Positions 49,821 to 58,687 of a stretch of DNA of 64,000 nt are shown here, piece by piece. Made by a program: the position numbers and the translations under genes. This stretch comes from Porticoccaceae bacterium. GTDB lineage: Bacteria; Pseudomonadota; Gammaproteobacteria; Pseudomonadales; Porticoccaceae. The notes under the pieces are model-generated. The model searched no databases, was not told the DNA's origin, and saw only the letters and a list, made by a program, of their open reading frames with translations. Location of the stretch: assembly GCA_021773435.1 (NCBI GenBank), contig JAJFKC010000026.1, forward strand, positions 40,108 to 104,107, written 5' to 3'. Positions within the stretch are counted from its first letter, which is position 1. Each line of letters starts with the position of its first letter.

Positions 49821-50723
49821 ATGCCTTACATGCCTTCTTTAAAGAAACTCGAATACCTGGTGAAACTCCACGAGCTTCAGCACTTTGGTCGAACGGCTAA
49901 GGCCTGCTTTGTCAGTCAGTCAACCTTAAGTGCCGCCATTACCGATATGGAGAGCAAACTAAATAGAGTGCTGATTGAAAGAGACCGCCACAGCATGGTC
50001 TTCACATCGACCGGCACCGAGTTAGTTGTTCAAGCCCAGGAAATATTGGCTGCGGCGAATCGCTTTGTGGAGACTGCGAAAAAATCAGGCCAGTTTTTTG
50101 AAAGCACCTTGCGTTTAGGCGTTATTCCCACCATTGCGCCGTTTTTAATGTCGCCACTCCTGGCTCGGCTTAAAGCGGCATTTCCTCAGCTTGGGGTACT
50201 GGTGAGAGAAGACTTAACAGACAACCTGATAGAACTGCTAAACAAGGGCGAGTTAGACTTACTTATTATGGCCCTACCCCATGCCATGGAATCTGTCGAA
50301 ACGAAAGATCTGTACACAGAATCCCTGCATTTAATCCACCACAAAACCAGTCAGTTTATCGGTAAGGGGGAAAGCCCTGTTCTGCCGCGAGGGAGCATCT
50401 TGTTACTCGATGAGGGTAACTGCCTCAGAGACCATACCATCGGCAGTTGCAGTATGTTTGACCAGGAACAAATTCACTCCTTCGCAGCAAACAGCTTAAA
50501 CACCGTGGTTTTAATGGTCGAGTTTGATATGGGTGTGAGTTATCTGCCGGATATGGCGATAAAAAGTGGCGTCATAGAAAACAAAGACATTACCCTACAT
50601 AAGGGCAAACTAAATACGGGAGCTCAGCGCTCAATCGGCCTGGCATGGCGAAAAAATTCGCCGTTTACCCACGAATTTAAACAACTCGGCGAGCAAATCT
50701 TATTGTCAAAACAGAGCCGGTAA
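49821..50723 (+). CDS. oxyR: LysR-family peroxide sensor OxyR
   Basis: N-terminal HTH (LEYLVKLHELQHFGRTAKACFVSQSTLS). The redox Cys pair has the E. coli C199/C208 spacing (GNCLRDHTIGSC). The ATG at 49821 or 49830 is preferred over the track start. Confidence 0.8.
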   Translation: MPYMPSLKKLEYLVKLHELQHFGRTAKACFVSQSTLSAAITDMESKLNRVLIERDRHSMVFTSTGTELVVQAQEILAAANRFVETAKKSGQFFESTLRLGVIPTIAPFLMSPLLARLKAAFPQLGVLVREDLTDNLIELLNKGELDLLIMALPHAMESVETKDLYTESLHLIHHKTSQFIGKGESPVLPRGSILLLDEGNCLRDHTIGSCSMFDQEQIHSFAANSLNTVVLMVEFDMGVSYLPDMAIKSGVIENKDITLHKGKLNTGAQRSIGLAWRKNSPFTHEFKQLGEQILLSKQSR

Positions 50724-50925
50724 TCACTCAGCGTTTCCAGTTAGAAGAACTGTTCTTACCTTTGCATATTAAATATAGCGCCTATAAATTTGAATGTCAG
50801 GCTTGCGGGTATTCGTCATGGCACCCCATTTATGCCCCCTGTAGAATAGCAGTCCCCTAAACGAACTCGCAGATAAACTAATTCCGCAGAGCTTAGCCCC
50901 TTTTAACGCCGGGAGCCGACCCATC

Positions 50926-52287
50926 ATGCAGGCGAACATGCAAAAAAATGATGCCCTGTCGTTGTTGTCACTCGTTGACAACGGCCTTGTCGATCCCCAG
51001 GCATTTAATCAGGTCCGTTATGCGCTCAACAACATGACGGCTACGGACATTGCCCATTACATCGAATCATCGCCGATTAAATTACGACGCTTACTTTGGG
51101 AGCTGGTCGATAGCGAAGTAGAGGGCGAGGTTTTCAGCGATCTAAATGAAGAACTACAAAAAGAATTTCTACAGGGCATGACCAGTGAAGCCATGGCGAC
51201 CCTCGTCGCCGGTCTCGACACCGATGATGTCGCCGACGTACTCCAGCAACTGCCTGACCGAATCATTCCCCGCGTTCTCGACGCCATGGACGAGCAGGAC
51301 AGATTGCGGGTTGAAACTGTTCTATCGTATGACGAGGACAGCGCCGGCGGCCTGATGAACACCGACACCATCACGGTGCGACCAGACCTCACCATCGAGG
51401 TGATTTTGCGCTACCTGCGTCGTCATGAAGACATCCCCGAGGTCACTGACAACCTTTTCGTGGTCAACCGCAACGACACATTCCTGGGCACCCTGCCCTT
51501 AACCAGGATTCTCACATCCAGCCCCAATATAACCGTGCGTGAGGTGATGGATACTTCCGTCGATGCTATCTCTGCTTCCGCGTCCGCATCCAGGGTCGCG
51601 CAGATGTTTGAACGCCACGACTGGGTATCAGCGCCAGTGATTAACGACCAGGGCGAACTGCTGGGACGCATAACCATTGATGATGTGGTCGACGTTATTA
51701 TCGAAGATGCCGAGCATTCACTGTTCGGTTTGGTTGGCCTCAGCGACGAAGAACAAACATTCACTTCCGTAAGACGCACCGCGCCACGCCGAGCGGTCTG
51801 GCTGGGTATAAATTTATGTACCGCCGTGCTCGCGTCAGTCGTCATTAATCTATTCGAGGGCACGCTCGATAAGGTGGTAGCCCTGGCAATTCTGATGCCA
51901 ATTGTAGCCAGCATGGGCGGAGTTGCAGGTAGTCAGACATTGACCGTGGTGATTCGCGGCATGACCCTCGGCCAAGTTAGTCGCAGTAATTTGCGCTGGC
52001 TGTTAAACAAAGAGTTTCTGTCCGGCACCTTTAACGCCCTGCTTTGGGCGACTGTAATTGGCGCGCTGGCATCCTGGTGGTTTGACGACCTGATGATCGG
52101 CTACATCATTGCAGCGGCCATGGTGATCAACCTGGTTACCGCTGCGCTCGCCGGGTCATTACTGCCAGTCATTTTAAAAGCTATTAATATTGATCCCGCG
52201 TTGGCTGGCGGCGTCATGTTGACGACCATTACTGACGTGGTCGGATTTTTCTCCTTTTTGGGACTGGCAACCATTTTTTATATTTGA
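50926..52287 (+). CDS. mgtE: Magnesium transporter MgtE
   Basis: N-domain, tandem CBS domains, and a 5-TM C-terminus with GNAGSQ-like GGVAGSQT and TITDVVGF motifs. Confidence 0.9.
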   Translation: MQANMQKNDALSLLSLVDNGLVDPQAFNQVRYALNNMTATDIAHYIESSPIKLRRLLWELVDSEVEGEVFSDLNEELQKEFLQGMTSEAMATLVAGLDTDDVADVLQQLPDRIIPRVLDAMDEQDRLRVETVLSYDEDSAGGLMNTDTITVRPDLTIEVILRYLRRHEDIPEVTDNLFVVNRNDTFLGTLPLTRILTSSPNITVREVMDTSVDAISASASASRVAQMFERHDWVSAPVINDQGELLGRITIDDVVDVIIEDAEHSLFGLVGLSDEEQTFTSVRRTAPRRAVWLGINLCTAVLASVVINLFEGTLDKVVALAILMPIVASMGGVAGSQTLTVVIRGMTLGQVSRSNLRWLLNKEFLSGTFNALLWATVIGALASWWFDDLMIGYIIAAAMVINLVTAALAGSLLPVILKAINIDPALAGGVMLTTITDVVGFFSFLGLATIFYI

Positions 52288-52314
52288 TGAAGCAAATGTC
52301 CTTCTGGTCAAAGC

Positions 52315-52875
52315 ATGAATGATCATCCTTCCCAATCCGCTAATGAGTCGCCCTCAGACGACAATGCGCCGGTCAGTAAGTCGGCTCGCAAACGGGAAAT
52401 GGCTGCCCTGCAAACGCTCGGCGAGAGCCTACTGGATTTATCCGCTGATCGCTTCGCAAAACTACCTCTGTCAAGCGGTTTGCGCGAAGCGCTCAATCTG
52501 GCAAAGAGCCTCAAACAGAGGGAGGCCAGGCGGCGACAATTACAATATGTTGGCAAGCTTATGCGCGCTGAAAACTATGGGGAGATTTCTGCGGCGCTGA
52601 CTCGTTTCGAGGATGACAACCGTTTATTCCGACAACGTTTCAAACGTCTCGAAAAAATTCGTGATGAACTTATCGAAGATAGTGGCGAGGCACTGGAAGC
52701 ATTACTCAATAGCCATCCTCAGCTCGACCGACAGCATCTGCGTCAATTAATACGCCAGGCCAAAAAAGCATCGCTGGGTGAAGATGACGCGCAAAACACA
52801 GTTGCGACGGACAAAGCCACCGCTAAGCGGCGAAAACTATTTGAGTATTTGCGGGAAACCATCGTGCTCGGCTAG
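52315..52875 (+). CDS. yjgA: Ribosome-associated protein YjgA/DarP (DUF615)
   Basis: SKSARKREMAALQ.LGE.L..L…REARRRQLQYVGKLMR. Confidence 0.8.
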   Translation: MNDHPSQSANESPSDDNAPVSKSARKREMAALQTLGESLLDLSADRFAKLPLSSGLREALNLAKSLKQREARRRQLQYVGKLMRAENYGEISAALTRFEDDNRLFRQRFKRLEKIRDELIEDSGEALEALLNSHPQLDRQHLRQLIRQAKKASLGEDDAQNTVATDKATAKRRKLFEYLRETIVLG

Positions 52876-52887
52876 GCCGCGCCAGAA

Positions 52888-54264
52888 TTATTTGCCCAGC
52901 CGTCGAATAGCCGCCCGAGTCAGATATTTATCGTAAAGATCATCGGTATTCACCTTGGTTTTATGGCCACCGGAAATCTGTTTGACCTGCTCTAATCTGG
53001 TCATACGATTGGTTTGAATATTATGGGCATGAACCCGCGTCCACGATGCGTAGGGGTGTTTGCCATCATAGAAAGTGTTGGTGCCATCGGTATAAAGGGA
53101 ACCCGCGCCATCGAAAGAGCGAAACATTTCCCCACGTCGATCAAAAGAGACCATAGAAATAGGTGCCAATGTCCGGGCATCAAACCACACGCGCTTCTTG
53201 CTGATGGGGGCACGGGGGAATTTGACAGGCTCCGCATCGACGACAATCGCTTCAGGCACTAACTCCACATCCATATCCCAAAAGGTATGGCCGTGGGGGC
53301 CGCCGTGGGTGGTGTGCTCCCAGTTCTCATGGGCCGGTTTCCAGCTGCGGGAAACCGCTGCCAGGGCAGGACCCCGACCAACAATTTTATAATTCCCCCA
53401 GGTCAGGAAGGGATCCCCCGCCGTCCAGGCATCAGATAAATATAACGACGAGCCAGGAATTAAAGGCTCGAAACGCTGATTACTGGGGAATCGCCGCACA
53501 CGCTTAAAAGCCGGTAAATATCCGGTCAAATCTGGGAACTGGCGTTGATCATAGTGCCAAACATTAAGGAAAGAAGTACCGCTAATATCATTCGGTTTAA
53601 CAAAAAATACCGATTGATAGCGCAGCTTGTCTTCATGGTCAGTCCAGTAAGGTTTCGGCTCAAGCACCAATCGACCCATTGCTGTTAGCTCAGCCCAGCA
53701 CAGCTCATAGTTATATTCTATTTTTCCGCTCGGCCCGACATCGGTTTCTTTAATCGCATAAAAAGACGCATCGTGGCGACCCCAACTAAGGGTGATACCA
53801 GCAAATACTTCGAGCGCTGTTTTGGGATCAGGAAAGGGATTGCCGCCTATCCATGGCTTCCCTTCGCGGGTCACCACATTGCCATCGGCATCAAACATTG
53901 CCTGGCCCTGATTGCGCAAAGTCGCCTCGTTATATTCCCAGGGGCTAAGCTGCATGATGTCACTGGTGGTATCAATTATGCCCATTTGCCGCCCCATCTG
54001 TGCCACCTGGGTGTAGCGAATCGGGTCTAGCAGGTCTTTGACGTGCTCAACATTGTCGGCATTAATCATATCGCCGGTTTTGACCTTGCCACCGGTATAA
54101 GCCTCGATAGACATCAGTTCATCCGGGTAGACCCCATCGATACTGCCGGTTTTGGCAATCGCAGGCCACAGCGGAGCGAGCACGCCAGTAGCCAGTACAC
54201 CCCTGCTCATCTGCATCATGAAATGCCGGCGGCTGAAGTCAGGATCGTACTTACGAATTCTCAT
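52888..54264 (-). CDS. DUF1329 family protein (LolA-like fold family) with a twin-arginine signal
   Basis: SRRHFMM followed by a hydrophobic stretch and AIAK. DUF1329-type segments are GGNPFPDPKTALEV and AFKRVRRFPSNQRFEP. Starts 18 nt after the preceding gene. Confidence 0.7.
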   Translation of the reverse strand: MRIRKYDPDFSRRHFMMQMSRGVLATGVLAPLWPAIAKTGSIDGVYPDELMSIEAYTGGKVKTGDMINADNVEHVKDLLDPIRYTQVAQMGRQMGIIDTTSDIMQLSPWEYNEATLRNQGQAMFDADGNVVTREGKPWIGGNPFPDPKTALEVFAGITLSWGRHDASFYAIKETDVGPSGKIEYNYELCWAELTAMGRLVLEPKPYWTDHEDKLRYQSVFFVKPNDISGTSFLNVWHYDQRQFPDLTGYLPAFKRVRRFPSNQRFEPLIPGSSLYLSDAWTAGDPFLTWGNYKIVGRGPALAAVSRSWKPAHENWEHTTHGGPHGHTFWDMDVELVPEAIVVDAEPVKFPRAPISKKRVWFDARTLAPISMVSFDRRGEMFRSFDGAGSLYTDGTNTFYDGKHPYASWTRVHAHNIQTNRMTRLEQVKQISGGHKTKVNTDDLYDKYLTRAAIRRLGK

Positions 54265-54282
54265 GATAATGTCTCAGTTAAA

Positions 54283-56592
54283 TTACCCGCAACCAAACTC
54301 TTCTCGGCGCTGATTAAGGCGCGCCTTCTCATCAGTAGACCCAAGATGCTGATAGCGTCGAGCATACGTAATGGCGGCACACAGGTCTTCCTCTCTGTCT
54401 TCTAGTTGAGTTAATAGTTCAATTCGGTGGCCCATGGCCTCTCGCCACCGCGGTGCACCGTCTGGCTGTGCACCGGTAATTTTTGCCCAGGCACGTTCCG
54501 CGGTAAACAGATCAGCGGTGGCTTCAGCGGTCTCGGCATATGCGGTCCAGGCATCGCCTGAATTGGGAAACTCCTGGACCATAGCTTTAGCCATGTCGAA
54601 CGCTCCACCCCCATTACCCACCTTAATAGCAGCGCGAATTTGTAACAAACGCAGCTGCCGCTGATCGTGGGTTTGGCCGACCAGCGCTGGATAAAATGCT
54701 TCTGTCAGGGGCACTAACTGGGCAAACTCCCCGCGTTTTTCCTTGGCGACTAAAAACCGGTATACCTCCCGCTGCGTCGCGCTATCCATACCTGGCTTAT
54801 CGCCATTTTTTACTGTCAGACCAGCTATATAAGAGCGCAACTGGGCCTGGTCGATCTGATCCAGAACACGCAGTTTTGACCACATCAATACTTGTTTAAC
54901 ATTGGCATCCAACAACAATTTTTGATCAGCCTTTGCCTGGGCGGCTTTCCCCTGGGAGTAAATGGCATCGATACCCTTAAGCACGCCCGGCAGATCCCGC
55001 CCCAGCACCGTCCTCATCTGCAAACTTACCGCACGCACCCAGAGTTTTTTCTGAACATGTCTCGGCAATTCTTTTAAGCTGGTTAATACTTCTTCGGCCT
55101 TGCGCTGTTGTTTTCCTATTGCGCCATTTTCGATGGCACCATTAAATTCATTGATCGCCCTTTTAAGCTGGGAAAAAGCAATGGAGCCTTTGAGCTTCGA
55201 ATCCTTTTTCGCTAGCCGCAGGTGCTTCTTTGCGCGGTCAGGATTAAAACTCAGCTGCCCAAGCAGTAAATGCGCAGAAGCAATATCCGGGTCATCGCCA
55301 TTTTTGGTCAGGAAATACTCCGCCGCGTTCAGCGCCTGTGTTCGATTTCTGTTGCTATTTTTCTGCTCGTAAAGCGACTGCGCGACCAGGAACGAAAATT
55401 TAGGCAAGGCCTTGACCACAGCCTGGGGAAGATCACCTTCGCCACGAAGTTTTTCAGCAACATTATAAGCATCGTGAAACTGGCCTATTTTTAACAGCGC
55501 TACGGCGTAGTGATATTGTAGGGTGCGCAAATTGATCAGCAAATCCAGGCCGCCATTACGCGTAAACTCCCGATACTTGAGCACGGTTGTATCGTATTGT
55601 TGGTAGGCGTAGGCGAACTCCGTATCGACGTAGAAGGAAAATACCCCGATATCCTGGCCGACAATTTCATCGCGATAGGACATGATTCGATTAACTAAAC
55701 TACTATTAAGATAGCCCTCTGCAATCAGGCGTTTTAGACGTTCTCCAGCCGCGATTTTGCCAGTCTGCGTATCGCGATGCTGTTGCAGTAGCGCAAAAGC
55801 CTCTTCTAGATAAACATTGGCCAGGCTCGGTGTCAGCGGTTCTGCCTTAATGGCCTGAGTTGGCCGAATCTCACCGCGGCGAATGGCCAGCACCGTTAAT
55901 TCGGCGTCGGCTATTTTACGCACCGGATTATCGGGATCACTCACCAGGGCCTGAACAAGGCGGCTAAAGCGTTTCTCTGCCAGAGCCTGTTCGCCGCGAG
56001 CCGCCGCCACATAGCCCATACCCAGCCAGCTGCCGTAGACGATACCGGGATAAAGAATACGTACTGAAGATGCCTGAAAACCACTCTCGGCTTTATTCAG
56101 CCAGCTTATTTGGTCGCGCTCCCCCTCCTTGCTGTGCGCAATCCCCAACATGGCCCAGGCCTGCCAATAGCTGAATGCCGACAAGGCGTAATTAATATCG
56201 TGCCAAACATCTGAGCGATACAGTTTTTCAAGACTGGCTTCATTCTCGTTGGTAGTGCTTTCCAGGGCCCGCACCTTATCTCGGCATCGCGCTCTCAAAC
56301 CATCGGCATTATTTATCAGCTGCTCATAATCTTTTTTGCTGCCGCCTATTTCTCGCGTTTTCGATACCAGGTTGCCGTAGCTATCGGCGATCAAAACGAA
56401 ATCACCCGCGCTCAATGAGTTGATGTCCTGGTCTGACAAAATCATTAATCGCGTCGCGAGCTTGTTGACCTCGGCAATTGCCGATACGGCAAGCGTTTGT
56501 TGTTTAAATTCGGTGAGCGAGATCGCGCCATAAACCGATGCACTGGAAAGTGTTGCAAGCAAGCATAAACTCAGTGTCAGAGTACGTAACAT
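54283..56592 (-). CDS. Large secreted helical-repeat (TPR-like) protein of unknown function
   Basis: 769 aa with a Sec signal (MLRTLTLSLCLLATLSSASVYGA). The rest is dominated by Ala/Leu/Tyr-rich helix-turn-helix periodicity. I saw no catalytic motif. Confidence 0.6.
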   Translation of the reverse strand: MLRTLTLSLCLLATLSSASVYGAISLTEFKQQTLAVSAIAEVNKLATRLMILSDQDINSLSAGDFVLIADSYGNLVSKTREIGGSKKDYEQLINNADGLRARCRDKVRALESTTNENEASLEKLYRSDVWHDINYALSAFSYWQAWAMLGIAHSKEGERDQISWLNKAESGFQASSVRILYPGIVYGSWLGMGYVAAARGEQALAEKRFSRLVQALVSDPDNPVRKIADAELTVLAIRRGEIRPTQAIKAEPLTPSLANVYLEEAFALLQQHRDTQTGKIAAGERLKRLIAEGYLNSSLVNRIMSYRDEIVGQDIGVFSFYVDTEFAYAYQQYDTTVLKYREFTRNGGLDLLINLRTLQYHYAVALLKIGQFHDAYNVAEKLRGEGDLPQAVVKALPKFSFLVAQSLYEQKNSNRNRTQALNAAEYFLTKNGDDPDIASAHLLLGQLSFNPDRAKKHLRLAKKDSKLKGSIAFSQLKRAINEFNGAIENGAIGKQQRKAEEVLTSLKELPRHVQKKLWVRAVSLQMRTVLGRDLPGVLKGIDAIYSQGKAAQAKADQKLLLDANVKQVLMWSKLRVLDQIDQAQLRSYIAGLTVKNGDKPGMDSATQREVYRFLVAKEKRGEFAQLVPLTEAFYPALVGQTHDQRQLRLLQIRAAIKVGNGGGAFDMAKAMVQEFPNSGDAWTAYAETAEATADLFTAERAWAKITGAQPDGAPRWREAMGHRIELLTQLEDREEDLCAAITYARRYQHLGSTDEKARLNQRREEFGCG

Positions 56593-56594
56593 GG

Positions 56595-57710
56595 CTACAA
56601 ACCCTCCAGCAACAGCGCCATTTCACGGGCAAACTGACCACCCATAATTAGCGACATTAAATGTCGGGTTATTTTCACATCGCCATCCATAGTCGAGGCG
56701 ATACCGCCGCCTGCTTCGGCGAGCAACTGAAAATCGAGCATGGGTTTATCGGAATAAAACGCCCGATTAACAGGTCGGCCCAGCATCGATTCCAGCAAGG
56801 CCGGATTCGCATCGCGACTCACATCTAAAGCTGAAATTTGCCCGCCGTCCTGAGCGAATGCTTTGCTGATGGATAACAAATTAGAAATTGCATTTTTGTG
56901 GGGAGGTGCATCGCCCAGCACAATAATGATCTTTCTGGCACCCAGTCGCCAGGCACTCTGATCAATACCCACCTGGACACCATCGAAAACCGCCTCCTGG
57001 TGACTACCACCACCCTCAGCCATCAATCCACCGAGAAAACGCACGAGCTTCGTTAAGCTAAAAGTCAGCGTTTGTAATTTGGTGACGTAACCCGGCTCAC
57101 CGTAATCGCGATAAGCCACCACGCCAAAACGAGACACTGGCACCAGCAGACGTATGGCATCGACGATATCGACAATTCGGCTATTGACCTCGGTCAGCAC
57201 CCAGTCCATCGAGCCTGTCGTATCAACGACAAAAACAACGTCAAGGCCGGTTTCGCGCAGGCCCTGAACATAGGCGGCAAATCGATTCGCCGAATCACTG
57301 AGGCCGGTGCCGATACCCGTGCCATAACCAGCCACGCCCTCACCATCGGTAACCGGAGTATTGGACAGCAGCGGCGCGGCGAAACCCCCGGAGCTATGCC
57401 CACCTGCTGCGGCCTCCATCGCCAGATTGACATCCGGTGGGGGTGGAGCTAATGCAGAGGTCGGCACCAACACCGGCGGCGGTTCAAACTCGATACTTTC
57501 TTCAAACACTAGCTCTTCTTTTTCCGGTAGTTCAGTCAGATCAAGCATGACCTCAATGGCCTGAGTCGAGTCGTCGTTTTTGGCAAGAGGGTCGAGCATC
57601 GAACGGGAGGCCTGCCAGGATAGTATTAGATGTATCACTAGAGACAGACACAGCAGGCCAATCCAGAGGCTGGCTGACTTAAGCCATTTGAGCAAGGGAA
57701 GCATGTTCAA
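56595..57710 (-). CDS. Membrane-anchored protein: N-terminal TM helix, acidic/proline-rich spacer, C-terminal von Willebrand factor A domain
   Basis: TM helix SLWIGLLCLSLVIHLIL. Spacer …EFEPPPVLVPTSALAPPPPD…. VWA core VVFVVDTTGSMDW (MIDAS DxTxS variant), …GGGSHQEAV…, IIIVLGDAPPH. Confidence 0.7.
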   Translation of the reverse strand: MNMLPLLKWLKSASLWIGLLCLSLVIHLILSWQASRSMLDPLAKNDDSTQAIEVMLDLTELPEKEELVFEESIEFEPPPVLVPTSALAPPPPDVNLAMEAAAGGHSSGGFAAPLLSNTPVTDGEGVAGYGTGIGTGLSDSANRFAAYVQGLRETGLDVVFVVDTTGSMDWVLTEVNSRIVDIVDAIRLLVPVSRFGVVAYRDYGEPGYVTKLQTLTFSLTKLVRFLGGLMAEGGGSHQEAVFDGVQVGIDQSAWRLGARKIIIVLGDAPPHKNAISNLLSISKAFAQDGGQISALDVSRDANPALLESMLGRPVNRAFYSDKPMLDFQLLAEAGGGIASTMDGDVKITRHLMSLIMGGQFAREMALLLEGL

Positions 57711-57731
57711 AGAGGATAATCCGATACGTAA

Positions 57732-58148
57732 TCAGAGTACGTTGTCATTATTCAAGGTAATCAACGCGACTCTGGACACCTGAAGGAATTTAAAGTCTTC
57801 GAGAATCGGGATAAAATAAAGAGCGGGTGTGCCGCCATCGGCACGCAAGCGCACTTTGCTGGGAATAGCCAAACCATCAGCTCGAAAGCCATCGGCCCAC
57901 TCAGGCACACTGGTTTTATCGCCCTGCCATAACAGCACACCTTCCCGTGTTAATTCCAGCTCAACCATCCCCGCCTCAGTCAGGGTCTCGCTAAGCGATA
58001 AGGGCGGCGATATATTCTGGTTAAAACTTTCAGAAAAGGTACCGACCACGAGAAAAAATAGCAGCAGCAAAAAAGTCATATTTATCACCGGCAGCATATT
58101 GCCCTCTGCGTGCGTGCCAACCTGTCTGTCTTCCTGTAAATTAAACAT
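57732..58148 (-). CDS. ExbD/TolR-like protein, divergent paralog (TM Asp replaced by Asn)
   Basis: The start MFNLQ… at 58148 is preferred over the track start at 58286, which would overlap the upstream gene. TM segment MLPVINMTFLLLLFFLVV aligns with the ExbD (T/L)P(F/L)IDV(M/L) motif, with N in place of D. Confidence 0.65.
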   Translation of the reverse strand: MFNLQEDRQVGTHAEGNMLPVINMTFLLLLFFLVVGTFSESFNQNISPPLSLSETLTEAGMVELELTREGVLLWQGDKTSVPEWADGFRADGLAIPSKVRLRADGGTPALYFIPILEDFKFLQVSRVALITLNNDNVL

Positions 58149-58227
58149 AATTATTAGTCTACTATTATCCTGAATTGTCCGGTTCTGTTTTACTGGTTTA
58201 AGTTTTACTTGTTGAAGAATTACGGAT

Positions 58228-58650
58228 TCAAGACTTATCTGCCCCTGACTTATTCTTGTCCAGCGGCAAGATCTGAATTTTCTCAAGATGATGAGTTTTT
58301 AATTGATCCATGGCGCTCACCAACAACTGTAAGGGTGCAATATCATGCACTTCAATAACCACCGCCGTTTCGGGGACAAACTGCTTACCGTCCAGGTAGA
58401 CACCTAGATCCGACAGAGCAATAGCTTCGCCCTGGATCCACAACTTGCCATTTTCAAACAGCTGCAAACTTAACAATTCGCCAGCACTGGAGCTTTGCTC
58501 TTTCTTTTCGGGCACATTAAAGCCCAGCTCGCGGAATTCGCTAAAACTGGTTTCCAGAATAAAAAACACCAGCAGGATAAAAACCAGATCGGCCAGCGGC
58601 GTAAGGCTGATACGCCGCAGTTTCTTTTTATGATGAGATTGCAGTTGCAC
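58228..58650 (-). CDS. exbD: Biopolymer transport protein ExbD/TolR
   Basis: ISLTPLADLVFILLVFFIL contains the conserved TM Asp. 140 aa. Confidence 0.85.
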   Translation of the reverse strand: MQLQSHHKKKLRRISLTPLADLVFILLVFFILETSFSEFRELGFNVPEKKEQSSSAGELLSLQLFENGKLWIQGEAIALSDLGVYLDGKQFVPETAVVIEVHDIAPLQLLVSAMDQLKTHHLEKIQILPLDKNKSGADKS

Positions 58651-58687
58651 GATGACAGACTATAAACGTCGTTAGCTAAAAACGCCG

